This document shows, piece by piece, positions 19,025 to 27,850 of a stretch of DNA of 64,000 nucleotides (positions within the stretch are counted from its first letter, which is position 1; the number at the start of each line of letters is the position of its first letter). The stretch spans positions 124,001-188,000 of the IMG/VR virus record IMGVR_UViG_3300026521_000471; one strand, 5' to 3'. The notes beneath the pieces are model-generated. The model searched no databases, had not been told where the DNA came from, and was given only the letters and a program-made list of their open reading frames with translations. The translations under genes were made by a program, and so were the position numbers.

Positions 19025-20437
19025 AAAAATTTTTTCCGCAAATGTTGTTATAGGTCCTCTTAATACTTTCTGTAATTCTATACCGAATAAACTTACTTCT
19101 TCATGTTCTTCTTTTGTAGCATTTAAAAGTGCAGTCAAACCATTCGTATATTTGGTAATATATTGATTATCGATTTGTCTATTTGAACCCAATACAACAA
19201 CTTTACAAGAAGAATCAACCCTAGTCAATGTTAGTTGTAGTGTACTAGTACTCATATTTTGAGCTTCATCAATAATTACAATAGCATTAGATAAAGTTCT
19301 TCCGCGAAGTGCACCAGTCCACATAGTTTCAACTTGATAACGTTCTACTAACTCTTGGACTTTTTCAGATATTCGTTCTTCAGTTACAGTTTCTCCCTTA
19401 CCAGGCTTATTTTCTTTTGATTTTTTTAACATTTGACCCGCAATATAAGCAAGAGTATCAAATAATGGGAAATTATATATCTCAAATTTTGCTTCATTCG
19501 TTGAAAGATAACCTACATCTTCTCCTTTAGCTAACGATTCAACTGAGTTTCTAATATAGACTATACGTTGATATTCTTTACACTTAATCAATTCCATTGC
19601 TGCACTAATAGCTAAAAGGGTTTTACCAGAACCAGCTTTAGCTTCAGCTACAACGATATTATAATGATTATTAAGTAATGCATTACTAAAAAATAATTGT
19701 TCGGCATTCATAGGATTTACATTTTGTTTACGTAATTCTTTTTCATCTAAAAATTGTATTTTATTATTAATTATATAAGCAAGTATTTTTTGCCCGTCTT
19801 TATTAAAAATATAATTAAAATTATTTGGTTTGTGTTCGGAGTTAAAATCTAAAATATTATCTCCCTCTCGAACTTCCTGTCCATTTAAATTAATTTCTTT
19901 AATAAAATCTAAAGAAATCTCTTTATTTCCTAAATTTAATGGTTCTGTCTCCAGTCCTAAACTTATAGCTCTTGTTCTAGCCATCACATCTAATGATATA
20001 AATTTAATATGTTCATAATTTATATCCTCTGTATTATGTATTAAATCCAATGTAATTTCTAAGATCTTTCTATCATTTCTTATACTATTACTCGTATTAT
20101 CAGAATCAGCTTTATATACTTCCTTGGATATAATATGAATAACAGTATCATCTACTTTAGTTTCGATTAAAACTATATCAAATGATTTATTGTTGTCGCT
20201 ATTTGCTTTTATAACTCTTTTATCTTTAATTTCCGCATCAAATAACATTCTACCGAACTCTCTGGCTTGGAAATTTATTTCATCCCAACCACTTTTTTTA
20301 CTATCTATTTCATCTAATACTGTTTCTGGTAAAATAATAAGATTTTTACCATTATCCGATAAAGTGAATAGATTTTTTGCGTCGTCAAGTATTATATTTG
20401 TATCTAAACAAAATACTTTTTCAAATTTTTTAGTCAT
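19010..20437 (-). CDS. phoH: PIN-PhoH ATPase
   Basis: N-terminal PIN (LDTNIILD, VLDEID, NDRKIL); AKAGSGKT; RGRTL; IIDEAQN. Confidence 0.9.
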   Translation of the reverse strand: MTKKFEKVFCLDTNIILDDAKNLFTLSDNGKNLIILPETVLDEIDSKKSGWDEINFQAREFGRMLFDAEIKDKRVIKANSDNNKSFDIVLIETKVDDTVIHIISKEVYKADSDNTSNSIRNDRKILEITLDLIHNTEDINYEHIKFISLDVMARTRAISLGLETEPLNLGNKEISLDFIKEINLNGQEVREGDNILDFNSEHKPNNFNYIFNKDGQKILAYIINNKIQFLDEKELRKQNVNPMNAEQLFFSNALLNNHYNIVVAEAKAGSGKTLLAISAAMELIKCKEYQRIVYIRNSVESLAKGEDVGYLSTNEAKFEIYNFPLFDTLAYIAGQMLKKSKENKPGKGETVTEERISEKVQELVERYQVETMWTGALRGRTLSNAIVIIDEAQNMSTSTLQLTLTRVDSSCKVVVLGSNRQIDNQYITKYTNGLTALLNATKEEHEEVSLFGIELQKVLRGPITTFAEKIFSKTS

Positions 20438-20604
20438 AAATAAAGTCTCCTTTTTGACATTTAAACGGATAGGAATAATTCCAATCTCATTTTTATTTAT
20501 GAAATATTTCCCCCACTTACACCTTTTTCAAATATTTAACTATTAACAAACAATAAAAATTACTACGTACACCATATAAATAAAAAGAAAATAAGGCATT
20601 AAAA

Positions 20605-21048
20605 ATGAAAATAAGAAATATTCTATTAGAAGCTAAAAAAAGAAGATGGAAAGGTCTAAATAATCATATCGTAGAAATTTTACCAAATAAAACGGGTTTC
20701 GGAACTGGTTCTGGTAAGTTTAGAATTAATAAAAAAGATGATAATGAAATTTGGACAATAAAAGTTGGACCAAATAGTACAAAATATTATATATATCTTG
20801 GTATAAGTCCTAATGCTAAAAAAATTGGATTTCGTATCCAGCCAAATAAAATAAATAGTGGAGTTGATGGTCATAAATTATTTAACAAAATTAAAAAATT
20901 AACAGATACTTTCAATAATCAAATAATTTATCCAAAAAATAATAATACTGTAAATGAAGATTTTATTGATGAATTAATTAAATTAAATACTAATTTGTTT
21001 AATGAAATCAATAAAGCTGTGATAGATTTAAAAGAAAACTTTAAATAA
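20605..21048 (+). CDS. late basic hypothetical protein (MKIRNILLE leader)
   Basis: TATAAATA at 20575. Confidence 0.6.
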   Translation: MKIRNILLEAKKRRWKGLNNHIVEILPNKTGFGTGSGKFRINKKDDNEIWTIKVGPNSTKYYIYLGISPNAKKIGFRIQPNKINSGVDGHKLFNKIKKLTDTFNNQIIYPKNNNTVNEDFIDELIKLNTNLFNEINKAVIDLKENFK

Positions 21049-21053
21049 TTTTT

Positions 21054-22463
21054 TTATTTAAAGTTTTTTAATTCTATTTTTTCAACCTCAAATGGGTATT
21101 GAGCCTCTTTATAAAAATCTTTTCTAGATTTTATATGTTTTTTATCATATTTTAAATTAGATGTTATATCAATTACTGTAACATGTTCTTTCTGTCCAGA
21201 TTTTCTTCTAAGCCCTCTTCCAATCGATTGTATAACTTTTGTAAAACTTTTTCCAGGTGTAGGTGCAAGAATTAAGTTGTTAATATGTACAATATCAATT
21301 CCAGTACTAAGTAATGAATATGTTCCAACTGTTACTAAATTACCACCATAAACGAATTCATTAAATTTCTCTTGTCTTTTATCAACCGTTAATTTTGAAC
21401 TAATATAACCACACTCTAGAAATTCTGATAAATCTTCAGCCGGATCTATATTCTTCATCAATATCAATGTGTTACCTTCTAATGAATCAACAATGGCTTT
21501 CATTAATTTTTGAAACATTTCATTACTTTGTAAAAAAACAGTCTCTTCATGCCAGTCAATAAATGAGCCTAAATATTCTTTAGGGTAAACCAATTCAAAA
21601 ATATTAATATCTATTGAAGATAATATATTTCTCTTTTGTAATTCATGTGCTTTTACATCATAAACCACAGGACCAAAACCAGCTGTTAAATTAGCTTTGT
21701 CTAAAGGATCTTTTGGCACAGTACCCGTCAAACCTATTCTCAAATATGAATTTTTTGCCTCATTCATAATTTGTTGAGCTACATATGCTTTAGCGCCATG
21801 TACTTCATCCCATATCACACATTCAAAATCTCGTATAAAATGTTTATTATTTTGTAGTGTTTGCCAAGTAGCCACAATATTAATTTCATTATCTTTTTTA
21901 CCACTACCAAACATACCGACAGGAATATCAAATTGTTTTATATAATCAAATGTCTGTTTTAACAATGATGATGATGGTACAATGACAATCGTTTTCATAT
22001 TTAGTTTATTGGCATATTTAACGATAGCTGATGTCAATAAGGTATTATGATGAACTGTTCCATTTGCTATTTGATATAAATGATTTTCAGAATTAACTTC
22101 GACATCATATAATAAACCCTGTTCATTTAGATTCTCTATATTTGTAACTACTGCCATATGTTTTTCATCAACATTATATAATCTATCACCTATAGACAAT
22201 TCATTGACTTTTTTTATAGTTTGGTCATCTAACATTAAGATATGATTATCAGTAGTTATTATATTCTCTATTGCATCAATCTCTAGCTTTATTAAATTAT
22301 CCTCTTTTACAATAAGACCTTTAATATCAACCCATTTACCGACCTCATCTTGAATTTGAATTGGTGTACGTTGAAAATATTCCTCATCTCTACGAAATGC
22401 AATATCTTCTTCTAACGATATTATTTTAAATAATTGTTCAAAAGTTAATTCTATTTCTTCCAT
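21054..22463 (-). CDS. uvsW: UvsW-like SF2 helicase, C-terminal half, preceded by split-intein IntC (aa 1-140)
   Basis: Intein blocks B (TTDNH), F (YDVEV) and G (VHHN/T); then helicase motifs Ia VPSSSL, DEVH, GLTGT, TGIDI, QSIGRGLR; no Walker A lysine. Confidence 0.9.
   Translation of the reverse strand: MEEIELTFEQLFKIISLEEDIAFRRDEEYFQRTPIQIQDEVGKWVDIKGLIVKEDNLIKLEIDAIENIITTDNHILMLDDQTIKKVNELSIGDRLYNVDEKHMAVVTNIENLNEQGLLYDVEVNSENHLYQIANGTVHHNTLLTSAIVKYANKLNMKTIVIVPSSSLLKQTFDYIKQFDIPVGMFGSGKKDNEINIVATWQTLQNNKHFIRDFECVIWDEVHGAKAYVAQQIMNEAKNSYLRIGLTGTVPKDPLDKANLTAGFGPVVYDVKAHELQKRNILSSIDINIFELVYPKEYLGSFIDWHEETVFLQSNEMFQKLMKAIVDSLEGNTLILMKNIDPAEDLSEFLECGYISSKLTVDKRQEKFNEFVYGGNLVTVGTYSLLSTGIDIVHINNLILAPTPGKSFTKVIQSIGRGLRRKSGQKEHVTVIDITSNLKYDKKHIKSRKDFYKEAQYPFEVEKIELKNFK
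22044..22463 (-). mobile_element. split intein C-fragment (140 aa, no endonuclease)
   Basis: Ends His-Asn at 22044, followed by Thr+1; lacks block A. Confidence 0.88.
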
Positions 22464-22574
22464 TTATAGTCCTAAGAATTTATATAATATATTAATTATA
22501 CATTTTATGTTAATAAATATTTAAAGTATAATAGTGTATAATAATAACTTATTACCATAAAAAGGGATTTTAAC

Positions 22575-23516
22575 TTGAAATTTTTAATTAGTTTTTTATT
22601 TATCATAACACACTTACAAGCACTAAGTACAGAACAAATAAATAAAATAAAATCAACCTATAAAATAGGAATGGAAATAAAAGCGTCAGATGGGATGACA
22701 TTTGGTTATAGTTTAGCAAGTATTATGGGACAAGAAAGTTCTTGGGGACGATACGTTGTTGGTGATAAATGGGCAAATGGAAAATTAAAGCCTCTTTATG
22801 ATTCATCGTTAGGAAACTTTCAAGTAAAATTAGAAACAGCAAAAATAACAATTAAAAAATTTCAACATTTAAAAAAGAAATATGCATATTTAATTTATGA
22901 TGGAAGAATAAATTATGATAAATTTGCTAAATATAAATCGGATTATATATATCTAAAAACTATTACTAAAGATGGTTTTAATAGTTATTTTGAAGCTAAA
23001 TCTGTACATTTATTAAATAATAAAAATTATGACAAAATATTATATTATGAATCAATATTAAATAATCCTATTTGGATTAAAAGATATAACTCTGAGGAGA
23101 AAAGAGCTATAAGAACTTTTAAATGGGCAAAAAAAGAATTAAAATACCATAAAAATATTCATAAAAATAATATTAAAAAATTGAAGATTAAATTAAAAGA
23201 ACAATACCCACAAGATTTAGCACACCTTAAAGAAGTAAAAATCCAATATATAAAAATGAAAAGGAAAGTAGACAAAGATGTATTGATGGTTAATAAATTA
23301 TTAAGTGATTTTAATTTTGGTGCTGAAATTGCTGGACACTATCTCCTTTTATGTTATGAACAAGCTAAGAAAAAACATTTTAAAAATCCTCTTAAAAAAG
23401 CAATAGGACGATATAATGGTGGGTGGAATAATACTCAATATTATCTAAAAGTCAAAGAACGTATGAAAGTTGTTAAAAAAGTTATCAATAATAATTTAAA
23501 TACAATGAATAAATAA
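22575..23516 (+). CDS. secreted lytic transglycosylase-like protein
   Basis: Signal peptide; IMGQESSWG (catalytic Glu), GNFQV and AIGRYNGG, with a long basic insertion. Confidence 0.65.
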   Translation: MKFLISFLFIITHLQALSTEQINKIKSTYKIGMEIKASDGMTFGYSLASIMGQESSWGRYVVGDKWANGKLKPLYDSSLGNFQVKLETAKITIKKFQHLKKKYAYLIYDGRINYDKFAKYKSDYIYLKTITKDGFNSYFEAKSVHLLNNKNYDKILYYESILNNPIWIKRYNSEEKRAIRTFKWAKKELKYHKNIHKNNIKKLKIKLKEQYPQDLAHLKEVKIQYIKMKRKVDKDVLMVNKLLSDFNFGAEIAGHYLLLCYEQAKKKHFKNPLKKAIGRYNGGWNNTQYYLKVKERMKVVKKVINNNLNTMNK

Positions 23517-23540
23517 AAGAAAAATAAGGATGAAACATTC

Positions 23541-23894
23541 ATGGTTATAAATTTTGATAAACAAATAGACCCAAATATAACAGATATTAAAGTAGCTGGA
23601 CAAGACTTTGAAATGATTAATCTTGTAACTGGTGGATCAATGGGGTGGAGTATCGATATTGATCTAAATATTATCAGTTTTCTGGGAACAACAGATGTTC
23701 AAATTACTTTTAATTCAGCATCTTCATTAGAACTTTACTCTAAACAAATAGAGTTGGCTACTAGTACACCATATAATCCATATACACATGGATTAGCAGA
23801 AGATCCTCATTATGATAAAATACCGACAGGTCAAATTCAAACACATACATATACTGATACAGATATTGAACAAGACTTGATCAATAATAATTAA
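23541..23894 (+). CDS. late hypothetical protein, tail shared with the next gene
   Basis: C-terminal HTYTDTDIEQDLIN. Confidence 0.6.
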   Translation: MVINFDKQIDPNITDIKVAGQDFEMINLVTGGSMGWSIDIDLNIISFLGTTDVQITFNSASSLELYSKQIELATSTPYNPYTHGLAEDPHYDKIPTGQIQTHTYTDTDIEQDLINNN

Positions 23895-23910
23895 ATAAAG
23901 GAATTAAATA

Positions 23911-24285
23911 ATGGTTAGATTAGAATTTGTTAAAGGACAAGGTGGTGTTGCAAATATCATTAATGGTAATCTAAGAGATACTGATAGAGAAGAATTATTA
24001 GATATTGAAGATGCAACACGAGTTATAGTTAATTTCTATTCAGCTATCGCTATAAATGATGATTTAATTGCTATGGAGATATCTGGGTATATTATTGTTT
24101 TTGAGTCATTAGAAGATATGGAACCATATCTAACACAAATAGATTTATTAGATGGTGAAATTTTTAATCCTGGTATTAATGGAATAAAAACTCCGGATTG
24201 GGATGTAGCAAGTAGAGATAAAACCGAAGGTATTGTAGAACATACATATGAAGATACCGATATTGAAAAAGATCTAATAAATTAA
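23911..24285 (+). CDS. hypothetical protein, tail shared with the previous gene
   Basis: C-terminal HTYEDTDIEKDLIN. Confidence 0.6.
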   Translation: MVRLEFVKGQGGVANIINGNLRDTDREELLDIEDATRVIVNFYSAIAINDDLIAMEISGYIIVFESLEDMEPYLTQIDLLDGEIFNPGINGIKTPDWDVASRDKTEGIVEHTYEDTDIEKDLIN

Positions 24286-24329
24286 TATATCACATATAAA
24301 TAAAAGTGTAAAAAAAATAAGGAGTTACT

Positions 24330-24539
24330 ATGAAATTAGGTGAACTATTAAACAAAAATACAATAAATGAAAATTCAAATATTACTGAAGATGTTTTAAG
24401 ACAAGCAATGGCAGAATCAGGTAAAACTCGAGCGAATGACCTAAAAGCATACTTAAAATATAAATTTCCAGATATGCCTTTTACTGCTAAAGAACTAACA
24501 GCTATTGTAAAAGAGTTTAGAACAACTCTAGATTATTAA
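24330..24539 (+). CDS. small late protein (MKLGELL leader)
   Basis: TATAAATA at 24295 and AAGGAG RBS. Confidence 0.65.
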   Translation: MKLGELLNKNTINENSNITEDVLRQAMAESGKTRANDLKAYLKYKFPDMPFTAKELTAIVKEFRTTLDY

Positions 24540-24541
24540 TC

Positions 24542-25141
24542 TCAATTATAAGGTTCTATATTAAATTCTTCAAATAGAACCTTAAGCCCAACAGTTAATT
24601 TTCCCGACTTTGGAAAGTCAGGAAATTTTTTCTTTCGTCCACTCAATCCATATTCTTTTTTTAATTTATTATAATTTCGTTTAGATACCTTTTGAGCTTT
24701 TGGTTCTTCTGATGGATGTATATAAAAATTTCCTTCTTCATCTTGATATGCACCAGCTTCTAAATAATCTGCTAAATTTCGTAAAAAATCTGGCAAACTG
24801 ATCGGGTGGTTAGTTTCATCTGCTCCGAAATATCTTTTCCAGTTATTTGTGATTTTTCCTTCCATTGCATTTGCCCTAAACTCTAAAGCATTTCTAATCG
24901 TACCTTTTTGTTCAGAACATTCTTCATTTTTTAATTTATGAATATGATCTAATACCATTTTATCGAGTTCAACCTCAATTCCTAATAATGGACATATTTT
25001 ATTATTTTCTAACCATAATTTTTCTTTTAATTCTTTTATATTTTTCTGTTTTAATTGTATTAATTGTTTCATAGTTTTATTTATATGATAAAAATTGTAA
25101 AATTGATATAAAAAAAATAAGGTTTTGTAATGGATGAGCAA
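24542..25141 (-). CDS. recombination endonuclease VII-like nuclease (true start probably 25072)
   Basis: CPLLG..VLDHIH..GTIRNAL..ANAMEGKI His-Me finger pattern. Confidence 0.7.
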   Translation of the reverse strand: MLIHYKTLFFLYQFYNFYHINKTMKQLIQLKQKNIKELKEKLWLENNKICPLLGIEVELDKMVLDHIHKLKNEECSEQKGTIRNALEFRANAMEGKITNNWKRYFGADETNHPISLPDFLRNLADYLEAGAYQDEEGNFYIHPSEEPKAQKVSKRNYNKLKKEYGLSGRKKKFPDFPKSGKLTVGLKVLFEEFNIEPYN

Positions 25142-26551
25142 ATAGATGATACAGAATATGAAGACGCTTTAGCCGAATTAGAGGCAGAATCATCTTCAAA
25201 AAAGAAAAAGAAGAAAAAAACAGTTGAACATTCAGAAGGCAAACTATTAGATATTGAAGATAAAGAACGAATTTTACTTGCTCAACTTATTAATAACCCA
25301 GAATTATTTGTTAAAGGTATAACTTTTCTAGATAAAGATTTCTTTGAATCAAAAATTAATAAATTAATTGTGGAATTTATGATTGATTATTATGATTTAT
25401 ATAAAAGTATCCCGCCTGAAGATGCTATACTATTAGAATTAAATTTAGATAACGTACATGATGATTGGTTAGATATAAATAAACCTTGGCCAACAGAGTA
25501 TCTTGAAGACTATTTAAATGCGTTTATAAAAAATATGAGTATGAAAGGTGCTATCGAAGATAGTATTGAATTACTAGAAGAAGAAGATTATGGAACTATT
25601 GAGAAGAAGATTAAAGATGCTGTAAACGTTGATATTGATACAAAGTTAGGTGTAACCATAGATACTGATAAAGATAATTTTCGTGACTTATTTAAAATGC
25701 TAACATCAACTGAAGCTACAATTCCAACTGGATGGTGGAACGTAGATGATAAATTAGATGGTGGTGTAACAATACCAAGTTTAAATTATTTATTAGCTAA
25801 ATCTGGTGGTGGTAAATCAATAGGTTTAATAAATTTAGCATGGAATTATATTCAGATGAAAAGGGATGTTATTTATATTTCTCTAGAACTAAAGGAAGAG
25901 AAAATCATGAAGAGGTATATAACCCACTCAACTAAAATTCCGACCCATCAAATTGAAAAGTCTGAGATGGAAATTTATAACCATCTAAAGAAATGTGATA
26001 ATAAGGGGTATGGTCGATTTACTGTTCATTTCTATCAACCCAATACACTAAGTGCAATGAAGTTGGAATTATTTGTAAGAAATTATTTACAAAAATATAA
26101 TACAGTACCTATTATTATTCTAGATTATGCAGGTTTAATGACACCAAATGGTAAAAATTGGCAAGGTATGTTTGAAAAAGATAAATATGTTTCTGAAGAA
26201 TTAAGAGCTGTGGCAACGTTATTTGATACGATCGTTTGGACAGCAGACCAATATAATAGATGTATATCATTTGGTGAACAGGTAATAACACCGAATGGTA
26301 AAAAAAATATTGAAGATGTTGAAATAGGGGATAAAGTTCTTGGGGGCAATAATAGTTATCGTACTGTAACAGCGATAACGGAGCCGGAAGAACAAGAAGT
26401 ATATAAAATTACTTTAAAAAGTGGAAAAACTATCAAAGTATCAGGAAGACATATCTTCCCAAAAGTTTTAGAAGATGGGAAATTAGTAGAAGATTGCATA
26501 TTATCTTCATTAAGTATAGGTGACAAGTTGGTGGTCTCCGATAAAATATGA
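25130..26551 (+). CDS. T4 gp41/DnaB-like replicative helicase, N-terminal part, ending in split-intein IntN
   Basis: AKSGGGKS Walker A, YISLEL, IILDYAGLM, WTADQYNR, then CISFGEQV intein block A. Confidence 0.9.
   Translation: MDEQIDDTEYEDALAELEAESSSKKKKKKKTVEHSEGKLLDIEDKERILLAQLINNPELFVKGITFLDKDFFESKINKLIVEFMIDYYDLYKSIPPEDAILLELNLDNVHDDWLDINKPWPTEYLEDYLNAFIKNMSMKGAIEDSIELLEEEDYGTIEKKIKDAVNVDIDTKLGVTIDTDKDNFRDLFKMLTSTEATIPTGWWNVDDKLDGGVTIPSLNYLLAKSGGGKSIGLINLAWNYIQMKRDVIYISLELKEEKIMKRYITHSTKIPTHQIEKSEMEIYNHLKKCDNKGYGRFTVHFYQPNTLSAMKLELFVRNYLQKYNTVPIIILDYAGLMTPNGKNWQGMFEKDKYVSEELRAVATLFDTIVWTADQYNRCISFGEQVITPNGKKNIEDVEIGDKVLGGNNSYRTVTAITEPEEQEVYKITLKSGKTIKVSGRHIFPKVLEDGKLVEDCILSSLSIGDKLVVSDKI
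26261..26548 (+). mobile_element. split intein N-fragment (96 aa)
   Basis: Cys1 block A; IEDVEIGDKV; block B VSGRHIF; ends LSIGDKLVV with no block F or G. Confidence 0.88.
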
Positions 26552-26736
26552 AAAATGGAACATTCAGATTAAAAACTAGATTATTTATCTTTCCAAAATC
26601 ATTCTTTGGTATTGAGAAGTGGGGCATTCAAAAAGTATATCAACGTTTTTGGAAAGACTATGTTAATTATGAAGAGCCAGACTTTGCATGTTGGGAAGAT
26701 TACTGCTGGGATAATCAAATAGAAAGATTAATTTGA
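26548..26736 (+). CDS. small hypothetical protein
   Basis: ATGA-coupled to the helicase gene; no intein or helicase motifs. Confidence 0.5.
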   Translation: MKNGTFRLKTRLFIFPKSFFGIEKWGIQKVYQRFWKDYVNYEEPDFACWEDYCWDNQIERLI

Positions 26737-26787
26737 TTTTAAGGTTAATTTAGATATTATTTTTAAATATAATTCAAGGAGAATAAT

Positions 26788-27312
26788 ATGCTAGTTATTA
26801 AAGCTATACAATTTGCAGCAGAAAAACATAAAGGTCAAGAACGAAGATGTTCTGGATTACCCTATGTAACACATCCAATTATTGTATCTCAACTAATTGC
26901 AAAATATAAAAATGGCTCTAAAAAGCTAGATGAATTACAATGTGCTGGATTACTCCATGATGTTTTAGAAGATACAGATTGTACATATTCTGAGTTAGAG
27001 CGGGAATTTGGTCCATTAGTAGCTTCAATAGTCGTTGAATTAACGTCAGATCCTGTAGCAATTAAGCAGCTAGGTAAGAATGAATATTTAAAGCAAAAAA
27101 TGATTAAAATGTCTAAATATGCTTTTATCATAAAATTAATAGATCGACTTTCAAATGTTTTAGACAAACCTGGAGAGTCATATGTTAAAAAGACGTTAAA
27201 TATGATGGAATTTCTTAAAAAAAATCGTCCTGATATAACTGAACGGCAATTAAGAATTATAAATGAGATAGAAAATGTGTGTCTGGAGTTTCAAAAAAAT
27301 GAGTGTAAGTAA
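26788..27312 (+). CDS. HD-domain (p)ppGpp hydrolase-like protein (small alarmone hydrolase/Mesh1 type)
   Basis: AAEKHKGQER, PYVTHP, LLHDVLEDT, IKLIDRLSN; no synthetase domain. Confidence 0.85.
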   Translation: MLVIKAIQFAAEKHKGQERRCSGLPYVTHPIIVSQLIAKYKNGSKKLDELQCAGLLHDVLEDTDCTYSELEREFGPLVASIVVELTSDPVAIKQLGKNEYLKQKMIKMSKYAFIIKLIDRLSNVLDKPGESYVKKTLNMMEFLKKNRPDITERQLRIINEIENVCLEFQKNECK

Positions 27313-27817
27313 ATTTGAATATCAACTATTAGAAGATGAATTGAAAAAAACTAAACGTGAGTTAAACCAATTAAAAAATATGCAAGAATTTGAATATCTA
27401 GTAGGTCAAGAATTTAAAATGCCTATGAAATTTGGTTTTGATATTACAGAGTCAAATATTAAATCACTAAAAAGTGATTTAGGATTCATTTTATGGGCAC
27501 TTATAAAAAATAACCATTTAACTCCAGAAGATTTTGATGATGAAGTAATGTCAGCTGTTGAAAAAATAAATCAAATACGTCCAAAAAATTACGTAGAATT
27601 TAAAGCAGCAATATCGTTTAGTAGATTACGTCAATCTAATAAATATGGTAGTACCTATATTGAAGAATTTCAAACACAAATTTTAAATGATGTTTATTGG
27701 TTAGGAATCTGGTTTTATATTAAAAATCCACAAGAATTTTTATTTGAATATAATAATAAAATTATGCAATTAAACACTAAAAATTTTTCATTTGTAAACC
27801 CCCAATTATTTGTTTAA
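27275..27817 (+). CDS. hypothetical protein (C-terminal NPQLFV; start probably 27299)
   Basis: ORF; GGAG RBS precedes ATG at 27299. Confidence 0.55.
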   Translation: MCVWSFKKMSVSKFEYQLLEDELKKTKRELNQLKNMQEFEYLVGQEFKMPMKFGFDITESNIKSLKSDLGFILWALIKNNHLTPEDFDDEVMSAVEKINQIRPKNYVEFKAAISFSRLRQSNKYGSTYIEEFQTQILNDVYWLGIWFYIKNPQEFLFEYNNKIMQLNTKNFSFVNPQLFV

Positions 27818-27850
27818 TAGTTATAAATATTTTAAAAAGTAGGTTTAAAT

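Noticed and set aside
18229-19320. group I intron in phoH
   Set aside because: phoH is already complete, the downstream piece duplicates rather than continues it, the nuclease is antisense, and I saw no intron core elements.
22044-26548. pairing of the gp41 IntN with the UvsW IntC
   Set aside because: Both contain block B, so they overlap rather than complement, and the product would be a gp41/UvsW chimera. The 28-aa IntN at 38458 is the fitting partner.
26548-26736. IntC or frameshifted continuation of gp41
   Set aside because: There is no HN-[S/T/C] motif and no helicase motif in this ORF or the visible neighbouring frames.
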